From an uncultured archaeon (lineage in GTDB: Archaea; Asgardarchaeota; Lokiarchaeia; Sigyniarchaeales; Promethearchaeaceae), in the NCBI GenBank assembly GCA_964426185.1, contig CAYRPF010000010.1, positions 1 through 15,813 of the forward strand: 15,813 nucleotides of DNA, given 5' to 3'. The translations under genes were made by a program, and so were the position numbers. Position 1 is the stretch's first letter; the number at the start of each line of letters is the position of its first letter. This document shows, one piece after another, positions 1-8,200 of this stretch. The notes beneath the pieces are model-generated. The model saw only the letters and a list, made by a program, of their open reading frames with translations, did not search any database and was not told the origin of the DNA.

Positions 1-57
1 AAATATCTTGACGAACCGCTCGTGTACGACAACTTTCAAGAATACTTCCCTTCTTAA
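1..57 (+). CDS. 3' end of an unidentified gene entering from the left edge (partial)
   Basis: Frame 1 is open from base 1 and reads KYLDEPLVYDNFQEYFPS-stop (TAA 55-57). Its stop overlaps the DUF47 stop by 4 nt (TTAA 54-57), the same convergent arrangement as selB/roadblock. Too short to assign. Confidence 0.5.
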   Translation, partial: KYLDEPLVYDNFQEYFPS

Positions 58-752
58 ACAGCTGTTCGCTTGGCTGTTTTCAAGATTTCAATGTAATCGC
101 TTACATCTTCCACTTTATCTGAGATAGTCTCCAGCATATCAATGAAATTGCATATCTGAAGTGCAACAAACGCATTAAATTCCAATGGCGGTAATTTATT
201 CAACAACTCATAGAGATGCGAGTGAAGCACATCGATTTCATGTTCCATTAACTGAATTTTCTCACATATTCGGAATGTTTCTTTATTATCCATGGAAGGG
301 AGATTCTTAATTAAGTTATATAATATTTTAGTGGCTTCAATAGATAGATGAACAATTTTTTCACAATTTTTCAAGATAGGATCGCCTAATATATATATAT
401 GACCAGAATTCAATCCCATCAATCGTCGTGCTGCTCCATCTGTAGTGTTGGCAATTCTATCAATTCTTTTCACTAAATGTGACAAATCTTCTCGCATTTG
501 GGTGGTAAGTTCACTTTTAGAAATCTGTACTAAAATATTCCTTCTGATAATATCAGCTTCATTTTCGAGTCGATCTACTCGCTTGAAAATTTTGGTGGAA
601 AGGGCTACATCCTTTTCATTCACATAGATTGAGAAGCCACGTTCAAATTCCACCACAGTCTCCAAGACTTTCTGCATGTGGTTATTTGCCATTTCGTAAA
701 TATTCGCATTACTACGATTTTGAAGGAAAGTTTTCAATGACATAGTGCTCAC
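54..752 (-). CDS. DUF47 / TIGR00153 family PhoU-like putative phosphate transport regulator
   Basis: All-helical protein of about 230 aa with two repeated motifs typical of DUF47 (LENEADIIRR...REDL..L...IDRIAN and MEHEIDVL...LETISDKVEDVSD). The true start may be ATG at 743 rather than GTG at 752. Confidence 0.85.
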   Translation of the reverse strand: MSTMSLKTFLQNRSNANIYEMANNHMQKVLETVVEFERGFSIYVNEKDVALSTKIFKRVDRLENEADIIRRNILVQISKSELTTQMREDLSHLVKRIDRIANTTDGAARRLMGLNSGHIYILGDPILKNCEKIVHLSIEATKILYNLIKNLPSMDNKETFRICEKIQLMEHEIDVLHSHLYELLNKLPPLEFNAFVALQICNFIDMLETISDKVEDVSDYIEILKTAKRTAV

Positions 753-754
753 GT

Positions 755-790
755 TAATTATATAATTATAGGGGTTTTTTGTAAAAAATT
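755..790 (-). promoter_or_regulatory. Putative BRE/TATA promoter of the DUF47 gene
   Basis: Minus strand reads AAAAAACCCC-TATAATTATATAATTA, with the TATA-like tract about 20-27 nt upstream of ATG 743, as expected for a leaderless archaeal transcript. The AT-rich background lowers specificity. Confidence 0.35.
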
Positions 791-836
791 GTGTGTATCT
801 CAGAATTCGGAATTGTAATTAATAATTTTTTGGCAA

Positions 837-2078
837 TTAATTAACACGTAATGCTGCCTCCAATTCTGATTGAGGTATATGAGAGAATACAATTACGTAT
901 TGACTCGGATAATAGATGGTGATGGTTTCTCCTACTTGGAAATTATGAACTGCAACTTTTGTTGTTGGAATTTCAATTTTTATGAGTTTTTTTGGAGGTT
1001 CAGGGGTTAATTCTTCCGATCTTGTTTTCATAGAATGAGTTTTATTTCCATTTACAAGATTCTCCAATTGAAACGGGGCTAACATTTCGATTCTCAACCA
1101 AGCACCCATGTATTTTACTTTATTTACTTTTCCCACTATGCTATTGGTTTTATCTTGCCTACGTTTATGGCGCGCTTGGAAATATTGAGATCGAATTAAA
1201 AAGGTAACCTTATCACCAACAGCAAATCTTTTTTCCGTTTTAGCAAAGAGAAAATAACCCTCTTTGGTTAAAATGACTACCCGCTGTAAAGGTTTTTGTT
1301 TAAAACCGAGTTTTTCTACTTCTCTGACTTCGACCACTTTACCATTAAAATAATTCATTTCAGTGGAGAAGAAATTAGCAACAAACAAGTCAAGAGGTTC
1401 ATACAAAATTTCTTGAGGTGTACCAACTTGGCGGATCTTACCATTATCAAGTACTACAATGCGATCTCCCATCATGGCTTCTTGCATGTCATTGGTAACA
1501 TGCACTGTTGTCATCTGCAATTCCTTACTCTTCGCAATTTTCTTGATTTCCCTTCTCAAATTCATCCGTAAACCTGCGTCCAAAGCTTTGAATGGTTCAT
1601 CTAAAATTAGTAAACCTTTCTGTTCTAAAGCCATTATTGCACGTGCTAGCGCAATTCTTTGCTGCATTCCTCCAGAACATTCATGGGGTAATGCTGATCC
1701 ACGGCCTTCTAATCGGACCAATTCCAATACAGCTTCTCCAATTGAATATGTTTCCATTTGATTTGATTCCCGCATATGTCGAGCATAACAGACATTATCC
1801 AAGACTCTGAGATGAGGGAATAAGGCATATGATTCAAACATTACACCACAATGACGTTGATATGGAGGAAATTTAGTAACATCAACTCCATCGAAGAAAA
1901 TCTGTCCGATTGTAGGTCTATAAAGCCCAGAAAAAAGACCAACTAAACTGGTTTTTCCTGCACCAGTGGGGCCGACAATTGTGATATATTCCTGATCTTG
2001 AATGGTAAGATTAATATTATGTAAGATTTTAACGTTTCCTTGAGAAAATGACACATTTCGTAATTCAACTTTTACCAT
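837..2078 (-). CDS. ABC transporter ATP-binding subunit B (PotA/CysA/MalK-like, C-terminal TOBE-like region); degenerate Q-loop and H-switch
   Basis: Walker A GPTGAGKT, signature CSGGMQQR, Walker B LILDEP, D-loop ALD. Q-loop reads VMFE (E82 for Q) and H-switch reads HVTND (N196 for H). Beta-rich C-terminal extension. Confidence 0.93.
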   Translation of the reverse strand: MVKVELRNVSFSQGNVKILHNINLTIQDQEYITIVGPTGAGKTSLVGLFSGLYRPTIGQIFFDGVDVTKFPPYQRHCGVMFESYALFPHLRVLDNVCYARHMRESNQMETYSIGEAVLELVRLEGRGSALPHECSGGMQQRIALARAIMALEQKGLLILDEPFKALDAGLRMNLRREIKKIAKSKELQMTTVHVTNDMQEAMMGDRIVVLDNGKIRQVGTPQEILYEPLDLFVANFFSTEMNYFNGKVVEVREVEKLGFKQKPLQRVVILTKEGYFLFAKTEKRFAVGDKVTFLIRSQYFQARHKRRQDKTNSIVGKVNKVKYMGAWLRIEMLAPFQLENLVNGNKTHSMKTRSEELTPEPPKKLIKIEIPTTKVAVHNFQVGETITIYYPSQYVIVFSHIPQSELEAALRVN

Positions 2079-2125
2079 ATATTATCACTGATTCATTATA
2101 TTTTTCTATATTACGATTTCGTAAA

Positions 2126-3268
2126 TTATTGTAAATCCATTTCTTTTTGCAGATTTTTTGGATATTTGAAGATCCGGACATCTTCCATAAAGAAGCCAAT
2201 TTGGATTTCGTCTCCCACTGAAAATCGATATTTAAATGTTTCAGGTTTAGCAATTTGAATTTCATCACCATTATCAATTTCGATAATAAAGCGTCGCTCT
2301 TTTCCTGTGTGGAATTTCGAAACTACTTTTGCATCTGCTAGAAATATTCCTTCCCAATTTGCCTGAGAATTCTCAAAATCATATCCAATCGGAAACATAT
2401 ATACATCCTCTGGACGGAATGTAATTATCACATTTTCATCTAAACTAAACCGATTATAAGGTGCTGAAATGGTATACTTTGGACCTCCTAATCGAATTTT
2501 AACATGATAGACATTTGGATGATCTATATGAATGATATATCCTTCAAGAATATTGATGCCTCCTAAAAAATTACCTACAAACAAGGAATTTGGATTTTTG
2601 TATAAGGTTTCAGGCGTATCTTCTTGAAGAAGATGACCGTCCCGCATAATAATTATTCGATCTCCAATTGCCATCGCTTCTTCTTGATTGTGAGTTACTT
2701 GAATTGCAGTAAGGTTTGTATCTTTGATGATATTGCGCAGTTCCCAGCGAAATTCAGCACTGATCTTTGGATCAAGAGATCCTAGTGGTTCATCCATAAT
2801 TAAAATACGAGCACCACTACATATCGCTCGTGCAATTCCTAAACGTTGAAGATCTCCGTTACCCCATCCAGTTGGGTACTCGTCTGCACGATCTAATAAT
2901 CCTACAATCTCTAAAGCACGTTCTCCTTGTTTAATTATGTAATCTCGGCCATAACCTTGTACTTCTAAAGCGTAAGTACAATTTTCCCAAACTGTAATTG
3001 GAAATATATTAAAATTTTGAAAAACAAAAGCAATTCCACGCTCTTGAGGAGGAGATTCAGTAACATCTATCCCATCAATGAAGACTTTTCCTTGTGTAGG
3101 TTGAATGAGACCAGAAATCGTCCGTAATAGGGTTGTTTTTCCACATCCGCTTGGGCCAAGTAAAAAAACAAAGTCTGCATCTGGAATTGTCAAATTTACA
3201 TTGTTAACTGCAATTACTTCTCCATTATTAAAAATTTTCGTGACGTTTTCCAATTTAATTTCAGGCAT
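2126..3268 (-). CDS. ABC transporter ATP-binding subunit A (PotA/CysA/MalK-like, C-terminal TOBE-like region); degenerate signature motif
   Basis: Walker A GPSGCGKT, Q-loop FVFQ, Walker B ILIMDEP and H-switch VTHN are canonical. The signature reads WGNGDLQR instead of LSGGQxQR. Confidence 0.93.
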   Translation of the reverse strand: MPEIKLENVTKIFNNGEVIAVNNVNLTIPDADFVFLLGPSGCGKTTLLRTISGLIQPTQGKVFIDGIDVTESPPQERGIAFVFQNFNIFPITVWENCTYALEVQGYGRDYIIKQGERALEIVGLLDRADEYPTGWGNGDLQRLGIARAICSGARILIMDEPLGSLDPKISAEFRWELRNIIKDTNLTAIQVTHNQEEAMAIGDRIIIMRDGHLLQEDTPETLYKNPNSLFVGNFLGGINILEGYIIHIDHPNVYHVKIRLGGPKYTISAPYNRFSLDENVIITFRPEDVYMFPIGYDFENSQANWEGIFLADAKVVSKFHTGKERRFIIEIDNGDEIQIAKPETFKYRFSVGDEIQIGFFMEDVRIFKYPKNLQKEMDLQ

Positions 3269-4947
3269 TATAATTCCTCCTTAGTTTTAGGAGTAAAAAT
3301 CCGCAGTAATAACAACAAAATTGCACTAAGAAATATCACTACTATACTGGCGAAAGCAGCAGCAGAAAAGGCATTTTCTTCCACCCAATCCACAATAAGG
3401 ACTGGAATTGTCCGATCTGCTCCCATAACAATTAAAGTTGCACCTGTTTCCCCCATACTTCTTGTAAATGCAGCAATCATTCCTGCAATAACTCCATTTT
3501 TTATTGCAGGGAATGTTATTTTTCGAAATGTGGTCAAACTCACTGCACCTAATGTAGCACTTGCTTCTTCATGCCCAACATTAACAGAGCGGATTGTTGC
3601 AGCAATTGGTCGAACGACATAAGGAAATGTAAATGTCATGTGGACAAAAATTATCATTTCAATTCCAGGTTTAGCAAAATCTAATCCCGCTGGACCCCAA
3701 AAAAGGAAAACAGCAAAACCTAATGCTGCAGAAGGAATAGTTAGGGGAATATCAAGAATAGTATCCAGTACTGCGTTCATTTTACCCCATTTAGCACGTG
3801 TCAAGATGAATGCAAATGGAATTCCAAATAGAACATCAATAATCACCACAAAGAATCCGATTTCAAAAGAATTCACCAAACTAGTCCAAAGATGTGCCCA
3901 TTTGTTGTCGGCACCCATTAGTTCTATTTGAAGATCGGCCATGTGAATTTGAGACAATATAAAAAATGAAGGGATTAGTATGAAAATAACCATTAAAATT
4001 ATTGCCACGGACTTTAACGCAATTATAAATGGTTTTCGAGATAAGTTATATTCTATATCATAATGAACTTGCCAAAAATTTTTAGTTGCTACATTTCTAC
4101 GCGCTAGAAATTTGACAATTATCAAAAGTATTAAAGAAATTATAATTAAAATTAAAGAAAGAAAAGAAGCACTGGGTAATTGTAATTGCTTTCGTAAACT
4201 GACCACCACAAGGGGAGCGGTTTCAATTAATCCCGCACAAATTATAGTGGCGCCTGTTTCGCCTAAACTTCGCGTAAATGCAAGAATTGCACCTGCAATT
4301 AAACCTTCACGAATTAATGGAAAAGAAATTGTACGAAAAACCGTTAATTTGGGTGCAGATAATGTCATAGCGGCTTTTTCTAGTAATGGATTAACCTTAT
4401 CAATAGCAAGTTTAAGGTTACGAACAATATATGGGAATGTAAATGCTACATGGACAAAAATGACCAAGATTTTTCCAGGATATACTTGAAAAATCCTCCA
4501 AAATAATAAAACTGAAAAACCCAGTGCGCTTGTTGGAACTGCCATTGGAAGATCCACTAATGTATCCAGTATCTTTTTCCCAGGGAATGAATTTCTCGTA
4601 AGAATAACCGCAATTGGAAAACCTATCAAAATATCAATCACAACTGCATAAAAAGCAGTAGAAAAAGAATTCCATAAAGCAGTTTTCATTATTTCCCATT
4701 CTAAGTCTCCCAGTAATTCATCAAAGAAGAGGCGATTACGAATTTCACCAATATTATCTATAACACTTGAAATAATATTCATGATTGGTGCTGCAATAAT
4801 TAAAATAAAGAATCCAATAACCAAAATTTCCAGAATAATTCGATATTTTCGTTTACTAAATTCACGTTCTAAGGTTAACAATATGGATTTTCGCTTTTTA
4901 GGTTTAAATGTTAAATTTTCTAGGTGTTTTTGTAAGTTATAGGACAT
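3268..4947 (-). CDS. ABC transporter permease with two fused BPD_transp_1 repeats (CysT/CysW/ModB/WtpB-like; FbpB/ThiP architecture)
   Basis: About 12 hydrophobic segments and an internal duplication (LVDLPMAVPTSALG vs ILDIPLTIPSAALG; EKAAMTLSA vs EEASATLGA EAA loops; FTRSLGETGAT vs FTRSMGETGAT). Confidence 0.93.
   Translation of the reverse strand: MSYNLQKHLENLTFKPKKRKSILLTLEREFSKRKYRIILEILVIGFFILIIAAPIMNIISSVIDNIGEIRNRLFFDELLGDLEWEIMKTALWNSFSTAFYAVVIDILIGFPIAVILTRNSFPGKKILDTLVDLPMAVPTSALGFSVLLFWRIFQVYPGKILVIFVHVAFTFPYIVRNLKLAIDKVNPLLEKAAMTLSAPKLTVFRTISFPLIREGLIAGAILAFTRSLGETGATIICAGLIETAPLVVVSLRKQLQLPSASFLSLILIIISLILLIIVKFLARRNVATKNFWQVHYDIEYNLSRKPFIIALKSVAIILMVIFILIPSFFILSQIHMADLQIELMGADNKWAHLWTSLVNSFEIGFFVVIIDVLFGIPFAFILTRAKWGKMNAVLDTILDIPLTIPSAALGFAVFLFWGPAGLDFAKPGIEMIIFVHMTFTFPYVVRPIAATIRSVNVGHEEASATLGAVSLTTFRKITFPAIKNGVIAGMIAAFTRSMGETGATLIVMGADRTIPVLIVDWVEENAFSAAAFASIVVIFLSAILLLLLRIFTPKTKEEL
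3274..3282 (-). promoter_or_regulatory. Shine-Dalgarno site and TAATG stop/start coupling between permease and ATPase A
   Basis: Minus strand reads AAGGAGGAA-TTA-TAATG. The permease TAA (3268-3270) overlaps the ATPase ATG (3266-3268). Confidence 0.7.
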
Positions 4948-4993
4948 TTTTATAGCACCAAGGTTTAAATCAAAAAAGGGGATGATTATTATC

Positions 4994-6178
4994 TCATATT
5001 CTATTTCTGGTTTTTAACCATAAATCAGGAATGCGTGCAATAACATTTCCATCTGTTGGAGGAAAAATCTCTCGAATTTGAGAAGGATTAGGTGTAACCC
5101 CATTATTCCAATTAAATGTTGAGTTGTAAAGAATAGCAATTTCGGGATCTTGCAACCATGAAGAATTAATTGGACGAAAACCTACTTCAATGGCGCGTTC
5201 AATCATGGTTTTTTGTTGAAGGAATTTCAAATATTCTTGAGCGACAATTTTTTGGTCTTCACTTACCCAATCTGCATCTAAAATACAGAAGGGATGATCT
5301 GAAAAAAGTGCACCTTCTACTGGATAAATAGCCATTAGTTTTTGGTTCCAATTCTCTTGTGCTTTTTCTGTATTATCCTTAATAAGATTTTCATATAAAA
5401 TTGTTACTTGCAAAGCATCAGGTCCTTGTGAGATCATATATCTTCCTAAAAATCCTGTAGATTTTCCATACAAAATGGCTGCACTCTCAAGTTCACTCAT
5501 CCATTGAGCAAGATTTTGGTCATAAATATTATCTAAAGTTAAATTTTCTGTTTCTAATCCTAAATAGGCGCTAACCATCATTATAGTAGCCATAAAACCG
5601 CTGTTTGAACTGGTTGGATCGGTATGAGCTAGATTCACCAAACCTGGATTATTTACAATTAAATCATGCAGATCATTTAGTCCCGTAATATTATACTGAG
5701 TATAGAAATTTTCCCAAGTAGCAATTACAACTGGAGAAAATATAATTCGAGTGTAGTTCGGTGCTATTGGAATTGATTTTTTGGTATAATCCATCCATTT
5801 TGCGTTTAATAGGGGGATCCAGATATTCGAAGCAGGAGACCATATTACTGGTTTAATTTCCCCATTTAATAATGCAATTAATGAATCACCAGAGCCATAG
5901 GGTTGAAAATCAAGAGCAATATCTTTTAGGGTGGGATCATCCTTTTGTTTTAATTCCCAATACTGCAAAAATAATTCTGATGATTGGGAGATCCAAGACG
6001 ATTTTTCGCTAGAATAACTTAAAGATAAAACTACTACATTGTTTTTCTGTTGATTGAAAATGAAATTCCCTAATCCCGTTCCTAGAAAAAACCCTATAAT
6101 TAACCATATTAAAATTGTAGATGGAAGTATTTTTCGCTGAAGATAACTTTTCGTTTTGTTAGCAGCCCTTTTTCCCAT
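4994..6178 (-). CDS. Membrane-anchored extracellular solute-binding protein (SBP_bac_11 / PBP2-like)
   Basis: Basic N-terminus plus one TM helix (ILIWLIIGFFLGTGLG) with no lipobox. Motifs SSEK, GSG, WSPAS, SPVVIA, HTDPTSSNSG, STG, YEN and YP.EG...DHP. First gene of the ABC operon. Confidence 0.85.
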   Translation of the reverse strand: MGKRAANKTKSYLQRKILPSTILIWLIIGFFLGTGLGNFIFNQQKNNVVVLSLSYSSEKSSWISQSSELFLQYWELKQKDDPTLKDIALDFQPYGSGDSLIALLNGEIKPVIWSPASNIWIPLLNAKWMDYTKKSIPIAPNYTRIIFSPVVIATWENFYTQYNITGLNDLHDLIVNNPGLVNLAHTDPTSSNSGFMATIMMVSAYLGLETENLTLDNIYDQNLAQWMSELESAAILYGKSTGFLGRYMISQGPDALQVTILYENLIKDNTEKAQENWNQKLMAIYPVEGALFSDHPFCILDADWVSEDQKIVAQEYLKFLQQKTMIERAIEVGFRPINSSWLQDPEIAILYNSTFNWNNGVTPNPSQIREIFPPTDGNVIARIPDLWLKTRNRI

Positions 6179-6388
6179 TTGTAAATCATCCTATGAATGT
6201 TTGAATGTAATGGTGAATATATGCAAAACCTATTCCAAAGAGAATTCCAATTATAAAAATTAAAGAAATTTTCAACCAGTAAAACCGTTGATCCTTTTTT
6301 TGAATCACAATAAAAAATAGTCTTTCTTAACTACTAAAAATTCCTAATAAGAACCATATGGAGAGATCATTATAGAAGTGAATCATAT

Positions 6389-6406
6389 GGAAAAGATAGA
6401 AAAAAA
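6389..6406 (-). terminator. Putative oligo-T terminator after ade
   Basis: Minus strand reads TTTTTTTCTATCTTTTCC immediately after the ade stop codon, fitting archaeal T-tract termination. Confidence 0.4.
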
Positions 6407-8194
6407 TTATTTTACTATTAAATCGATGAGCTTAAATGCTTCGACATCGACTAAACCGATATCTGTAATTTTTAATGCTGGGATAACTGCTAATGCCATG
6501 AAACTTAAAGTCATAAATATATTTTGCTCTGAACATCCCATTTTTCGTGCCACTTCCTTAATCGCATTATATTTTGAAACGATTTCTTCTATAGTTTCTG
6601 TGGACATCAAACCACCAATTTGGAGTGGTAGGTATGTATATTTGTTTTTATAGAGAATTGCCATTCCTCCACCTTTTTCCCGGAGAAAATTTCCAAGATC
6701 TGCCATTAATTCATCTGAAGTACCCACAATAATCAAATTATGATTATCATGAGCTACTGTTGATGCGATTGCTCCATCCTTAATACCTATCCCTTTAATA
6801 AATCCAATTCCATGATTTCCCGTTCCATGGTGCCGTTCAAAAACGGCAATTTTAAGTATATCACGTGATAAATCTGGCTCTATAAACATTTTTTCTTCCT
6901 TCTTCTTGACTGGAAGCTCTTCTATCAAGTGTTTTGTAATTAAACTTATAGGAGTGACACCAATTGTATGCACTTTAATTGAATTTTCAAAACCAGTGTA
7001 AGGAATGCGAAAATCCTTTGCCGAAAGACTTTTTGAAAGATTCATGCTCTTTAATAAAGAACCATAATTGTAGGAAGTTATCTTTGGAACAATTTTTCCC
7101 CGTTCAAATACTAATTTGCCTCGATGAAAAACGGAATAAACGGAAACTTCACTTAAATTATCTAAAATGATTAAGTTGGCGCTAAAAGAAGGTTTTATTC
7201 GACCTATTGGAGGGCGGTTAGTTAAAGAAAGAAATTTTTGAAGGTAATTGCCTGCGTTAAAAGTAGCCAATCTAATTGCCTTGATAGTCGCCGTATTTAG
7301 GTCGTCTCCAGCATGTTTTTGGAATAACTGAGCAGTTCTTCTAATAATACGATCTATATGACCATCCTTTAACAAATCACTGGGTGCCAAATCATCAGAG
7401 CAAAGGCTACAATGATCTAGATTGATATTCTTTTTAATCAATTCAGGAAGGATATTATTCAAATCTTGCGTTGCGCTTCCATAACGAAGTGCAATAAACA
7501 TTCCCTTATTGAGTTTTTCAATAACTTCGTCGGCAGATGTCGATTCATGATCGTTCATAATTCGAACTTTTTCGTCAAGATGCCCATTGGAGATATATTT
7601 TTCTAATTCTTCTCCCCTTACCCCAGGACAATGTCCATCAATTAATTTTTCCGCTTGATATGCAATTTCTACTTTGTCACGAGCATCTCCAATATTATAA
7701 ATAATTCCGGGGAAATTCATCATCTCGCCTAAACCATAAACATAATCATCTAAAATTAGTTCTTTAATATCTTCTGGGGTAATTGTTGCTCCAGAATGTT
7801 CCATGTGAGTAGCGGGCACACAAGAAGGGATTCCGATATACATATCTAATGGAACTAATTTGGCTTGCTCAATCCAAACTTTTATTGCTTTTTTACCTGC
7901 TACATTTGTAATTTCATGTGGATCTACGGCCATAGTTGTAGTTCCGTGTTGAACTGCTATAGAACAAAATTGAAGTGGTGGCATCATGCTACTTTCGATA
8001 TGCAGATGACTTTCAATAAATCCCGGCGATACAAATTTCCCTTTTAAATCAATGATTTCACAAGAACTAGGGATTTCTGAATTAGGTGGGTTAATCGATT
8101 TAATTCTGTCATCTTCAATTAGAATTGAACCTTCAAAAATTTTCATCTGTTCAACATTGATAATTTGCCCATTTGTAAGAAGTATGTCACTCAA
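6407..8194 (-). CDS. ade: Adenine deaminase (amidohydrolase superfamily, AdeC type)
   Basis: Motifs SHLHIESSM, DPHEITNV, PSCVPAT, LGEMMNFPG, IDGHCP, DHE, SDD, AVFERH, ASTVAHDNHN, GGLMS, LKITDIGLVDV; 595 aa; TTG start. Confidence 0.95.
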   Translation of the reverse strand: MSDILLTNGQIINVEQMKIFEGSILIEDDRIKSINPPNSEIPSSCEIIDLKGKFVSPGFIESHLHIESSMMPPLQFCSIAVQHGTTTMAVDPHEITNVAGKKAIKVWIEQAKLVPLDMYIGIPSCVPATHMEHSGATITPEDIKELILDDYVYGLGEMMNFPGIIYNIGDARDKVEIAYQAEKLIDGHCPGVRGEELEKYISNGHLDEKVRIMNDHESTSADEVIEKLNKGMFIALRYGSATQDLNNILPELIKKNINLDHCSLCSDDLAPSDLLKDGHIDRIIRRTAQLFQKHAGDDLNTATIKAIRLATFNAGNYLQKFLSLTNRPPIGRIKPSFSANLIILDNLSEVSVYSVFHRGKLVFERGKIVPKITSYNYGSLLKSMNLSKSLSAKDFRIPYTGFENSIKVHTIGVTPISLITKHLIEELPVKKKEEKMFIEPDLSRDILKIAVFERHHGTGNHGIGFIKGIGIKDGAIASTVAHDNHNLIIVGTSDELMADLGNFLREKGGGMAILYKNKYTYLPLQIGGLMSTETIEEIVSKYNAIKEVARKMGCSEQNIFMTLSFMALAVIPALKITDIGLVDVEAFKLIDLIVK

Positions 8195-8200
8195 TAAAAA

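Noticed and set aside
445-627. 60-aa + strand ORF
   Set aside because: Antisense shadow wholly inside the DUF47 gene, with no motifs.
755-768. Perfect 14-bp palindrome TAATTATATAATTA as a regulator site
   Set aside because: It is A/T only and coincides with the probable TATA box; such palindromes are expected at this base composition.
1296-1810. Three + strand ORFs (1296-1571, 1459-1761, 1592-1810)
   Set aside because: Antisense to the well-supported ATPase B gene, with no recognisable domains.
2065-2277. 70-aa minus-strand ORF bridging the two ATPases
   Set aside because: Out-of-frame overlap with the end of ATPase A. Both ATPases have proper stops and starts, so no frameshift fusion is needed.
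837-3268. ATPases as pseudogenes because of degenerate motifs
   Set aside because: Both ORFs are full length and uninterrupted, and the defects are complementary, which fits a functional heterodimer better.
3638-4489. + strand ORFs 3638-3931 and 4112-4489
   Set aside because: Antisense shadows of the hydrophobic permease codons.
4950-4996. Sec read-through of the SBP TGA stop
   Set aside because: A second in-frame TGA follows after seven codons, there is no redox motif and no SECIS was recognised.
6378-8047. + strand ORFs 6378-6653, 6979-7170 and 7865-8047
   Set aside because: Antisense to adenine deaminase. The Cys residues in 6979-7170 and 7865-8047 form no credible domain.
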